Positions 8,594-17,217 of a DNA stretch of 64,000 nt are shown piece after piece. The position numbers were made by a program, and so were the translations under genes. Source of the stretch: Dyella sp. (lineage in GTDB: Bacteria; Pseudomonadota; Gammaproteobacteria; Xanthomonadales; Rhodanobacteraceae); contig JBCNOA010000002.1 in assembly GCA_039594095.1 (NCBI GenBank), positions 5,253 to 69,252 on the forward strand. The letters are read 5' to 3'. The notes below the pieces were generated by a model, which saw only the letters and a list, made by a program, of their open reading frames with translations, was not told where the DNA came from and searched no databases. The stretch's first letter is position 1. Each line of letters opens with the position of its first letter.

Positions 8594-10647
8594 GCGGGAT
8601 CTGACGATGAATGATGGTTTTGCGCGTCATTGAGAAGGGTGCGGCGTAACCGTACCAGTTCTCTATCCCAATAGTTCTGGCGATTGAGCACCCAGGTATG
8701 TACGCGCGCCATCCCTAGCGGCGGCGAATATTCTTCTTGTCGCTCGGCTTCATATCTGTCCAAGTGGGCTAGGCCCTGTTCGGGGTATCCAGCGGCCCCA
8801 AGGAGAGCAGCCTGCTGAAAGGCGATGGTGGCCCTTACTTGCTGGTCGAGTGCATAATCGAACGAAGCTAAGGCAACACTTGGCTCGTGGCGTAGCAGGG
8901 CGATGCGCCCATACAAGTAATATAAGTCCTGTCGCCGGTTTGGTATCACCGTCAAGTGCGGATTCTGCAACGCTGCGTCGAGCAATGTGGCGACACCGGC
9001 CAAGTCGAGCTGAGGGCACGCGGGAGTATGGCTTTGGTCCAGGATGCGACCAAACCAGTTTGCAAGTAGGGTGCCTGTGTCATGCGTAGAGGATAACGCC
9101 TTGATGGCAGCGTCCAGTGTGCCTCGGTCAATACCCCCCCGCTGGCATTCTGCTGCTAGGAGATTTAGTGCCAGTTGCACTTCGTCTGGATCTCGAGCAA
9201 GCGCTGGTGCGAGACGCATTATGGCGCGCTCAGGCTGGTTGGCTGCCATCTCCGCTTGAGCTGCGTAGGCCTGCGCGCGGGGCGAGTGAGGGTTCAATTT
9301 GGCCCAGAGCAGGGCCTGCTCATGAGTATTTCCCCAGAGTTCGGCGCGCGCGTGCGTCATCGCGGCTAAGCCCCCGACAGTTAGCAGGGCGACCATGGCC
9401 CTACGGTGGCGGCCGTGATCGCCTGAATGTGGTGAGGATGCTTTTGCGGGCCGTATTCCAACGCTGTAGAGCCATTGGGCCAGCGGCCAGAACATAAAGA
9501 TGGCGGGCAGGTAGTTACGGTGCTCGTAATAAAGCTCTAAGGGAATCGTGCTGGATTCCATAGACTGGCCGACGAAGTAGAACCCAATAGCCAGAGCAAG
9601 GGTAGGTATTTTGTTTCGCCAAGCAATGGCCCCAGCCAGTAATCCCACTACTCCAGCCATCGCTGGCAGGGTGGTCAGCGGTGACCAAAGCGACGTCGAT
9701 ACTTTGAACTGATCATTAAAGACGCCAGCCGTGAACGGGTGTGGTAGCCAAAGCAAGCGCAGGTACTCGAATAGGACGCGCGGTTCAGTAAGTAGACGTT
9801 GCTCAAGCGTCCACGGCCGCACCTTGGAGATACCGTGAGAGAGGCCTTGCCACCCCTCCAGCAGCAAATATGTTCCAACCGCGATGCTCGGAAGTGCGGC
9901 AAGGCACAGCATGGCGTAGCGATACTGGCGTTGTCCTGCTGGAAGCGTTGGCAGCGCCATGTACTTAGCGGCGGGCCTCAGGTAGAACACCTCCATCGTG
10001 AGGACAAGCGCTGGGAGCAAGATGCCGTTTGCTTTGCTCAGCGCGGCAAGTGTGGTGCAGAGGCCGAGCCCTATACATGCATTTCCCCACCCGGCTGATA
10101 GGTCTCCGCGCTGAAAGGATCCCCTTGCGTTGAGCCAGAACAGTAGCCCTATCAGAGTGAATGTCGCAGGCAACATGGCTTCACGCTGCACTATGTACAG
10201 CGTCGTGGAAACAAGTAACGGATGCAGAAGCCACAAGCTCGCGCCCAACACGGCCGCATTGTCATTGCGGCGATGCTCCTCTGCATTGGCTTCCGGGCAC
10301 GTGGCGAGCCCGAGACGCCTCAGAAGCAGGGCCAATAGCACGCCATTTAGCAGGTGTAAAAGTAGATTGGTGCGCTTAAATGAAAGGGGAGAAGCTGGCC
10401 AATCTTGTGCGTCGATTAAGAAGCTGAGCAACGCAATCGGCCTTCCGAGCGGATCGGCTGTGCCCGACGTGATGTACCGCCAGAAGCTGGCCTCATCTAC
10501 TACGGGCCCCTCGGCACCGAGAGCGGGAAGGTTGGCAAAATCGTCAAATACAAAGCCTCCATTTAACCCTGGTCTGTAGCAGAGCCAAGTGATGACGAGC
10601 AAAATCGCCATGAGCAATAGAGAAAAGATATTGGTCTTTCGGAGCAT
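8590..10647 (-). CDS. Second GT-C-type (TMTC/TfpW-like) membrane protein with TPR-like C-terminus
   Basis: FVFDDFANL, RPIALLSF, HLLNG, IVQRE, SKANGILLP and EHRNY; ATGA-coupled to the downstream paralog. Confidence 0.7.
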   Translation of the reverse strand: MLRKTNIFSLLLMAILLVITWLCYRPGLNGGFVFDDFANLPALGAEGPVVDEASFWRYITSGTADPLGRPIALLSFLIDAQDWPASPLSFKRTNLLLHLLNGVLLALLLRRLGLATCPEANAEEHRRNDNAAVLGASLWLLHPLLVSTTLYIVQREAMLPATFTLIGLLFWLNARGSFQRGDLSAGWGNACIGLGLCTTLAALSKANGILLPALVLTMEVFYLRPAAKYMALPTLPAGQRQYRYAMLCLAALPSIAVGTYLLLEGWQGLSHGISKVRPWTLEQRLLTEPRVLFEYLRLLWLPHPFTAGVFNDQFKVSTSLWSPLTTLPAMAGVVGLLAGAIAWRNKIPTLALAIGFYFVGQSMESSTIPLELYYEHRNYLPAIFMFWPLAQWLYSVGIRPAKASSPHSGDHGRHRRAMVALLTVGGLAAMTHARAELWGNTHEQALLWAKLNPHSPRAQAYAAQAEMAANQPERAIMRLAPALARDPDEVQLALNLLAAECQRGGIDRGTLDAAIKALSSTHDTGTLLANWFGRILDQSHTPACPQLDLAGVATLLDAALQNPHLTVIPNRRQDLYYLYGRIALLRHEPSVALASFDYALDQQVRATIAFQQAALLGAAGYPEQGLAHLDRYEAERQEEYSPPLGMARVHTWVLNRQNYWDRELVRLRRTLLNDAQNHHSSSDPA

Positions 10648-10663
10648 GGCGTCTTAGCTTTGC

Positions 10664-10697
10664 AAAAAAATAGGGCCGCACGAAGCGGCCCTATTTT
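10664..10697 (-). terminator. Intrinsic terminator after pilA
   Basis: AAAATAGGGCCGC-acgaa-GCGGCCCTATTTT hairpin; a T7 run follows on the minus strand. Confidence 0.85.
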
Positions 10698-10714
10698 GGG
10701 TCAAGCCACCTTTA

Positions 10715-11161
10715 TTAGCGGCAGGACGACGGCAGGTACTTGCTCGGCAGACTGGCGCCGGCTTTGCAGGCCCACTGAATGCTGCCGGCGTTAGTAACGG
10801 GCGACAGAATAAGCGTGGCAGCAGTCGGGATCTTGCTGCTTGCCTTGGGACCACCGTAGGCAGCAGTAATGATGGAGCCGTTACCGGAGGAGGTAACGGT
10901 AATGCTGCTGACGTACTGTCCCTTGATGCTGGCAGCAGTCGCAAGGCCTGCCGAACCGTTGCTGCCCGGGAATCGGCCAGTGTTCTGATAGAACTCGGCC
11001 ACCGCGGTCTTCGCACCGTCAGCCAGCACCGGGCCTTCGGAAACCTGCGAGCGGATCGTGTAATCCTGGTAGGCCGGAATAGCAATGGCGGCCAGGATGG
11101 CGATGATCGCGACGACGATCATCAGTTCGATCAGGGTAAAGCCCTTTTGCACATTCTTCAT
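10715..11161 (-). CDS. pilA: Type IVa major pilin
   Basis: MKNVQKG|[27 protein letters not shown] and a C-terminal C...C disulfide loop; AGAGGA ribosome-binding site, own terminator. Confidence 0.95.
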   Translation of the reverse strand: MKNVQKGFTLIELMIVVAIIAILAAIAIPAYQDYTIRSQVSEGPVLADGAKTAVAEFYQNTGRFPGSNGSAGLATAASIKGQYVSSITVTSSGNGSIITAAYGGPKASSKIPTAATLILSPVTNAGSIQWACKAGASLPSKYLPSSCR

Positions 11162-11289
11162 GATGGTTCCTCTGTTTCTTGGTTAGCTAACCGTAGTGAT
11201 GCCCCCTGAGCCCCAGTCCCTAATCCCCCTAGGCGGGATTGGTCCCCATTACGTGCGGTCGGAACGACCAGGAAGCTCGCAATGGTTCA

Positions 11290-11305
11290 AGCAGTATGTA
11301 TGCCA
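11290..11305 (-). promoter_or_regulatory. Sigma-54 (-24/-12) promoter of pilA
   Basis: Minus strand reads TGGCATACATACTGCT, a GG-N10-GC motif; pilA is known to be RpoN/PilR-dependent in Pseudomonas. Confidence 0.75.
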
Positions 11306-11479
11306 TCTCCATCGCTAGGGTATTTCCGCATAACTAGGATGTGGGTCATTGTGCACATGGTCACGAACCTAGTACGAAGGTGTGGTTTGGAATCATTTTC
11401 CTCTGCCATACGTCTAGCCTAGATACGCTGGCGTCGTGCCAATCCTTGGCAGTTGTTGCCCTTTTTTGTCACCTTGGCT

Positions 11480-11917
11480 TTAGTGACGACAGATGGAAGG
11501 AAGGTATTTGCCTTGAAGCGTACTGGAGGTGCAGGTCCAGATGATGCTGCCTACCTGTGTGATGGGAGAAAGCACAAGCGATTGCGCACGAATAGCGGAA
11601 TTCGCTTTAGCGCTTTGGAAGGCAACCTGGATCTTTCCACCGGTGGCATCCACACTCGATACGTAATTACCTTTGATCGAAGCGGCACCCGCCAGTCCTG
11701 CTGATTGATTACTAGGAGGAAAACGGCCAGTGTTCGAGACAAAGTCCCATACGGCGGCCTTTGCGCCCGTGGACAGGCTCATTCCCTCGGCCACTTGGGC
11801 CCGAATCGCATAATCTTGGTAAGCAGGTATCGCAATAGCCGCAAGAATCGCAATGATCGCCACCACGATCATCAGCTCTATCAACGTAAAGCCCTTCGCA
11901 AGGCGTTCGCGCAACAT
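11480..11917 (-). CDS. Second type IVa pilin (pilA paralog)
   Basis: MLRERLAKG|[27 protein letters not shown] and C-terminal WTC...SIC. Confidence 0.92.
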   Translation of the reverse strand: MLRERLAKGFTLIELMIVVAIIAILAAIAIPAYQDYAIRAQVAEGMSLSTGAKAAVWDFVSNTGRFPPSNQSAGLAGAASIKGNYVSSVDATGGKIQVAFQSAKANSAIRAQSLVLSPITQVGSIIWTCTSSTLQGKYLPSICRH

Positions 11918-11951
11918 GGAAGCAGTCCCCTGGTGTTAACGCCAATGGGAA

Positions 11952-11968
11952 GGCATGTTTTGTACCAA
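11952..11968 (-). promoter_or_regulatory. Sigma-54-like promoter of the second pilin
   Basis: Minus strand reads TTGGTACAAAACATGCC, a GG-N10-GC motif about 35 nt above the start codon. Confidence 0.6.
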
Positions 11969-12071
11969 CGATGAAACAGGTTTCGGCTTGAGCAGGCACA
12001 GGGACGAATGGACGTCTGTTCCGTGACAGCCGGCACGATTTCGAAAGCTTTGTAAGGTGGGATCAAGGGCA

Positions 12072-13823
12072 TCACTTCACCCCATGCATCCACTTCCTGA
12101 CCACCGGCGTCAAAACCAGCGCAGCCACGGCAGTCCCCAGGCCCAGCCAGACCATCTGGTGGAACAGCGCTCCGTACTTCGCCGTAGCGACCGCCATGTC
12201 GATCTGCCCATCCGCTGGCACGTCGAGCGCGGCGAGCTTGCCCAGGATCGAGGCCAGCTGTTCGGAGAACGAGGTTCCCAGCCACCAGGCGCCCATCATC
12301 AGGCCGGCGACCTGGGGCACAGAGAGCTGGGTGACCGCGGATAGGCCGATGGGGGAAAGGGCCACTTCGCCGATCTCGATCAACAGGTAGGCCAGGACGA
12401 TCCACCACACGCTGCCGAGCGCTCCTGTCGCGGGATCCGGGTTGCCGGCGATCAGCGGCAGGAACGACAGGCCAGCGAACGCCAGGCCGATGGCGCTCTT
12501 GGCTGGCTTGGAGGGGTTGAGGCCGAAGCGGTCGAGAAAGGGCCAGAGCCATGCGGCGATGGGCGATAGCAGCACGATGAACAGCGCGCCGAGGTAGGTG
12601 AGCGAGCTGGCGCTCTGCGGCAGGACGATGCAGTCGCGCACGATGAAGGCGATACCTATGAGCGTCAGGCCGCCGAGCAGCAGGCCGGGCAGGCGGCCCT
12701 GACGCAACCGTAAAGCGATGGCCACCAGGAATGGGCTGAGTACCAGCGGTAGCGTGGACCACGGGATCGGATGCCCTTCGCGGATCACCAGCGAGGGGAA
12801 CAGGTCCTTAGTCAGCATGCGGTCGTTGAACAGCACCCAGGAGCCGTAGGTCTGCTCGTACAGGGTGAAGAACAACAGGCAGACGCCGACGAAGAACACG
12901 CAGGCCAGCATCTGCTGGCGCTGCACCGGCGTGCAGCGCACGGTGACGTACCAGCCCAGCCAGCCGAGCCATGCGGCCATGGTAGCCACCTGCAGCCACA
13001 GCACCGCGTTGCCCAATTGCATCAGCGCCCATAGCGCGGGGAGCGCGAGCACGGCGCAGAGGTAGATCGTCCACTCCACATTCAACGGTCCCAGCAACCG
13101 CCGGCGCAGTGCGGCCGGGTTCGGCGGCTCCGCATGGCCTTGTAGGTATTTCTGGCCGGTGAGGAACACCGCCAACCCGGCCAGCATGCCGATGCCCGCT
13201 GCACCGAAGCCGTAACCCCAGCCGAAACGTTCGCCGAGATAGCCGCAGATCAGTGCCGAGAACAGCGCGCCGACATTGATGCCTGCATAAAAAAGGGTGA
13301 AGCCCGAATCGAGGCGCGGGTCGTCTTCCGCATACAGCTTGCCGACCACGGTGGAGATGTTCGGCTTCAAGAAACCCACACCGCTGATGATCAGTGAGAG
13401 CGACAGATAGAAAACGCTGAGCGCGAACAGATCGCGGTGCACGATGCCATCCGGCCCTATCGTCGCGGCGTGGCCTTCCACCGCCATGCCCAGATGGCCC
13501 AGGCACAGCAGCACACCGCCCAGCACTACCGCCTTGCGCATGCCCAGGTAACGGTCGGCCAGCAAGCCGCCCAGTACCGGCGTGGCATACACGAGACCGC
13601 CGTAGGCACCGAGTACGGAAAGACTTTCGGCATCGCTGAAGCCATGGTGTTTGATCAGGTACAGCGCCAGCAGCGCCTTCATGCCGTAGAACGAAAAACG
13701 CTCCCACATTTCGGTGAAGAAGCAGACGTAGAGTCCCTTGGGATGGCCGAACAATTCCTCATGACCAGACGGCGCCGCCGGGTCGGCGGCCGCAAGGCTG
13801 GTGGCGGGTCTGGCGTGATCCAT
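12072..13823 (-). CDS. POT/PTR-family proton-dependent oligopeptide transporter
   Basis: FGHPKGL, EMWERFSFYGM (ExxERFxxY), GFLKPNIS and FYAGINVGA; start approximate. Confidence 0.92.
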   Translation of the reverse strand: MDHARPATSLAAADPAAPSGHEELFGHPKGLYVCFFTEMWERFSFYGMKALLALYLIKHHGFSDAESLSVLGAYGGLVYATPVLGGLLADRYLGMRKAVVLGGVLLCLGHLGMAVEGHAATIGPDGIVHRDLFALSVFYLSLSLIISGVGFLKPNISTVVGKLYAEDDPRLDSGFTLFYAGINVGALFSALICGYLGERFGWGYGFGAAGIGMLAGLAVFLTGQKYLQGHAEPPNPAALRRRLLGPLNVEWTIYLCAVLALPALWALMQLGNAVLWLQVATMAAWLGWLGWYVTVRCTPVQRQQMLACVFFVGVCLLFFTLYEQTYGSWVLFNDRMLTKDLFPSLVIREGHPIPWSTLPLVLSPFLVAIALRLRQGRLPGLLLGGLTLIGIAFIVRDCIVLPQSASSLTYLGALFIVLLSPIAAWLWPFLDRFGLNPSKPAKSAIGLAFAGLSFLPLIAGNPDPATGALGSVWWIVLAYLLIEIGEVALSPIGLSAVTQLSVPQVAGLMMGAWWLGTSFSEQLASILGKLAALDVPADGQIDMAVATAKYGALFHQMVWLGLGTAVAALVLTPVVRKWMHGVK

Positions 13824-13970
13824 GGGCATGCCGTGCTGCAAAAGCGCCGAGTATAGCCAGCGCGGGTGGGCATCGGTTTCCGCCGGGGTGCCGCTTGCTG
13901 CGTTATTCCTTGCGCCAGGTGGCGCGGGCTCTTACCGTCTGAGTCTTCGTTCCACGAGGGAATCCTATCC

Positions 13971-16076
13971 ATGAAACCCCTGTTCGCCGCCCTGGCCCTT
14001 TCGCTGGCGACCCTGCCGGCCATGGCCGCCGAAGTCGAGAGCCACGCGCCGCATCCCTTCAACATCCGCGATCTGGTGATGATGGATCGCGTGGGCGATC
14101 CGCAGCTTTCGCCGGATGGACGCTATGCGCTGTATACCGTGCGCAGTACCGACTACGCGGCGAACAAGGGCATCACCGCCATCTATCTGCTGGACCTGCA
14201 GCAGGGTGGGCAGCCCCGCAAACTGATCGACAAGGGCTCGTCGCCTCGCTGGGCGCCGGATGGCGCCTCGTTCTACTACGTCGCTGCCAAGGACGGTGTA
14301 TCTCAGCTGTGGCGCTGGAGTTCCAGCAAACCCGAGGCCGGTGCGCTCGGCAAGGCGGCCGGATCTTCGATCCCAGTCACGCATGCGCCGGTGGATGTCA
14401 ATGCTTTCGTGCTTTCGCCCGACGGCAAGCGGGTCTTGCTGAGTTTCGATGTCTTCACTGATTGCGTCGATCTCCCCTGTACCAAGGAGCGACTGGATGG
14501 GCGTGCGGCGGACAAGTCGACAGGCACGGTCTACGACAAGGTCTTCGTGCGTCATTGGGATACGTGGGCCGACGGTCGTCGCGCGCAGCTGTATATCGCC
14601 GATCTGGACAATGCCGACGAAGCTCCCCGCCTGTTGAGCCGTGGCATCGATGGCGATGTGCCCAGCAAGCCGTTTGGGGGCGACGACGAATTCAGCTTCT
14701 CGCCGGACGGCCGCATGGTCTACTTCGGCGCCCGCATCGCGGGCAAGACGGAACCGTGGTCCACCAATTTCGACGTCTTCAGCGTTCCCGCCGACGGTTC
14801 GGCGGCGCCGAAGAACCTGACTGCCGCCAACCTTGCGTGGGATGCTTTTCCGTTGGCATCGCCCGATGGCAAGACGCTTTACTACCTGGCGATGAAGGAG
14901 CCGGGCTCCGAGGCGGACCGTTTCGCCATCACCGCGCTGGACCTGGACAGCGGACAAAAGCGCGAGGTCGCGCCAAATTGGGACCGCTCGGCCGGCAGCC
15001 TGAAGATATCGGCCGACGGTAAGACGCTGTACGCGACGGCCGACGATCATGGTCAGCACCCGCTGTTCGCCATCGACGTGGCCTCGGGCAAAGTGCGCAC
15101 GGTGGTCAGCGAGGGCTCGGTGGGTGGCTACGATCTGGGCAAGAACCGCTTGCTCCTGCAGCGCGACGACCTGAAGCACCCGGCCGACCTTTATGTCGCC
15201 GACCTCTCGGGCAAGGGCCTGAAGCAAGTGACGCACTACAACGAGCAGCGCCTGAAGAATACGCAAATGGGCGATGCCGAGTTCTTCACCTTCAAGGGTT
15301 GGAACAACGAAACGGTGCAGGGCTACGTGGTCAAGCCGGCCAATTACAAATCCGGCCGCAAATATCCGGTGGCCTTCATCATTCATGGTGGCCCGCAAGG
15401 TGCCATGAGCAACGCGTGGAGCTATCGCTGGAATCCGCAGACGTATGCAGGCCAGGGGTTCGCCGTGGTCACTATCAATTTCCATGGTTCCACCGGTTAT
15501 GGCCAGGCCTTCACCGAGTCGATCTCGGGCGACTGGGGCGGCAAGCCGCTGGATGACCTCAAGGCCGGCTGGAAGGCTGCGCTAGGCAAGTACAGCTTCC
15601 TGGACGGCGATCGCGCCTGCGCTTTGGGTGCCAGCTACGGCGGCTACATGGTGTATTGGATGGCGGGTGTGTGGAACGAGCCCTGGAAGTGCCTGGTCGA
15701 CCATGACGGCGTGTTCGATGCCCGTTCGATGTACTACTCCACCGAAGAGCTCTGGTTCGAGGAGAAGGAGAACGGCGGCACGCAGTACGAGCATCCGGAG
15801 AACTACGAGAAGTTCAATCCGCTCAATCACGTGAAGGATTGGCGCGTACCCATGCTGGTGATCCATGGCGGCAAGGATTTCCGCATCCCCGACGTGCAGG
15901 GCCTGGGCGCGTTCACGGCCATGCAGCGCCGCGGCATTCCCAGCAAGTTCCTGCATTTCCCCGATGAGAACCACTGGGTGCTCAAGCCGCAGAACAGCGT
16001 GCAATGGCATGAGACTGTCAATGCCTGGCTGAAGCAGTGGACGGCGACGGATAGTGCCAAGAAAGCTGGCAAGTGA
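13971..16076 (+). CDS. Secreted S9 family (prolyl oligopeptidase/acylaminoacyl) peptidase
   Basis: Signal peptide MKPLFAALAL..., SPDG beta-propeller repeats, IHGGPQ, GASYGG nucleophile motif and FPDENHW. Confidence 0.92.
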   Translation: MKPLFAALALSLATLPAMAAEVESHAPHPFNIRDLVMMDRVGDPQLSPDGRYALYTVRSTDYAANKGITAIYLLDLQQGGQPRKLIDKGSSPRWAPDGASFYYVAAKDGVSQLWRWSSSKPEAGALGKAAGSSIPVTHAPVDVNAFVLSPDGKRVLLSFDVFTDCVDLPCTKERLDGRAADKSTGTVYDKVFVRHWDTWADGRRAQLYIADLDNADEAPRLLSRGIDGDVPSKPFGGDDEFSFSPDGRMVYFGARIAGKTEPWSTNFDVFSVPADGSAAPKNLTAANLAWDAFPLASPDGKTLYYLAMKEPGSEADRFAITALDLDSGQKREVAPNWDRSAGSLKISADGKTLYATADDHGQHPLFAIDVASGKVRTVVSEGSVGGYDLGKNRLLLQRDDLKHPADLYVADLSGKGLKQVTHYNEQRLKNTQMGDAEFFTFKGWNNETVQGYVVKPANYKSGRKYPVAFIIHGGPQGAMSNAWSYRWNPQTYAGQGFAVVTINFHGSTGYGQAFTESISGDWGGKPLDDLKAGWKAALGKYSFLDGDRACALGASYGGYMVYWMAGVWNEPWKCLVDHDGVFDARSMYYSTEELWFEEKENGGTQYEHPENYEKFNPLNHVKDWRVPMLVIHGGKDFRIPDVQGLGAFTAMQRRGIPSKFLHFPDENHWVLKPQNSVQWHETVNAWLKQWTATDSAKKAGK

Positions 16077-16094
16077 CCTGCCTTGCCGAGATAG

Positions 16095-16125
16095 AAAAAG
16101 GCGGCCTATGGGTCGCCTTTTTTTC
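16095..16125. terminator. Bidirectional terminator between the peptidase and corA
   Basis: AAAAAGGCGGCC-tatg-GGTCGCCTTTTTTT between convergent genes. Confidence 0.8.
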
Positions 16126-16146
16126 AGGTGCCTTGGGATCGCGCTT

Positions 16147-17166
16147 TCAAAGCCACCGCGAGCGCTTGAGCCAGAAATAGATGCCGCCTACCACGCCGAT
16201 CACCAGGCAGATCATCGTGGGGTAGGCCCAGGTCTGGTCGAGTTCCGGCATGTGATGGAAATTCATGCCGTACCAGCTGGTGATCAGCGTGGGCGCGGCC
16301 AACATCGCGGCCCAGCCCGCGAGCTTCTTCATCACTTCGTTCTGGTTGAAGGTCACCAGCGAGAGGTTGATGTTGATGGCCGCGGCGAGCATTTCGCGCA
16401 TCGCGCTGATCGATTCGTTGACGCGGAACACATGGTCGTATACGTCGCGGAAATACGCTCGCAGCTCGTCCTGGATCAGGTGCGGATGCATGCGCACGAG
16501 CTGGCTGATGATGTCCTGCAGAGGTGCCACGGCCAGGCGCAAGGTCATCAGATCGCGTTGCATGTCGTACAGGCGACGTACCGTGCCGCGCTTAAACGTA
16601 TCGCCGAAGATGTCCTTCTCCAGCTCCTGCAGCTCTTCCTTGAACTCGCGCACGATCGGCAACAGGTTGTCCACGATGAAGTCGAGTACGCCGTAGAGGC
16701 CGTAACTCGGACCTAGAGCCAGCAGATCCGGTGTGTGCTCGCAGGCGCGGCGTGCCGGAGCGTACGAGAGCGACGCCCCATGTCGCACAGTGACCAGATA
16801 GCGCGGTCCCAGAAAGATGTGCGTCTCGCCGAAGGCGATGTTGCCGTTCACCAACTGAGCAGTCTGCACCACGATGAACAACGAATCGCCATAGGCCTCG
16901 ATCTTGGTGCGCTGATGTGCGTGCTGGGCGTCCTCGATGGCGAGGTCGTGCAGATCGAATTCTTCCTGCAGCTTCAGCAGCAACGATTCGTCCGGCTCGT
17001 GCAGGCCCACCCACACGAAGGTTTCCGGCTCCTTCAGTACGTCGCTGATCGCGTCGAGCGTGATATCGCTGATCCGCTTGCCGTCGCGGGTGTTGTAGGC
17101 GACGCAGTTGACGACCATGCCGGGTGCGGCGATGTCGGTGGTGCTGGATAGGTCGTTCTTATGCAT
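16147..17166 (-). CDS. corA: Magnesium/cobalt transporter CorA family
   Basis: LHDLAIEDA, HQRTKIE and the YGMNF signature. Confidence 0.92.
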   Translation of the reverse strand: MHKNDLSSTTDIAAPGMVVNCVAYNTRDGKRISDITLDAISDVLKEPETFVWVGLHEPDESLLLKLQEEFDLHDLAIEDAQHAHQRTKIEAYGDSLFIVVQTAQLVNGNIAFGETHIFLGPRYLVTVRHGASLSYAPARRACEHTPDLLALGPSYGLYGVLDFIVDNLLPIVREFKEELQELEKDIFGDTFKRGTVRRLYDMQRDLMTLRLAVAPLQDIISQLVRMHPHLIQDELRAYFRDVYDHVFRVNESISAMREMLAAAININLSLVTFNQNEVMKKLAGWAAMLAAPTLITSWYGMNFHHMPELDQTWAYPTMICLVIGVVGGIYFWLKRSRWL

Positions 17167-17217
17167 GGGCGCATGATGCCCAGGGCTTTGTTACGCGTTC
17201 AATAGCGCGCGGCTCGG

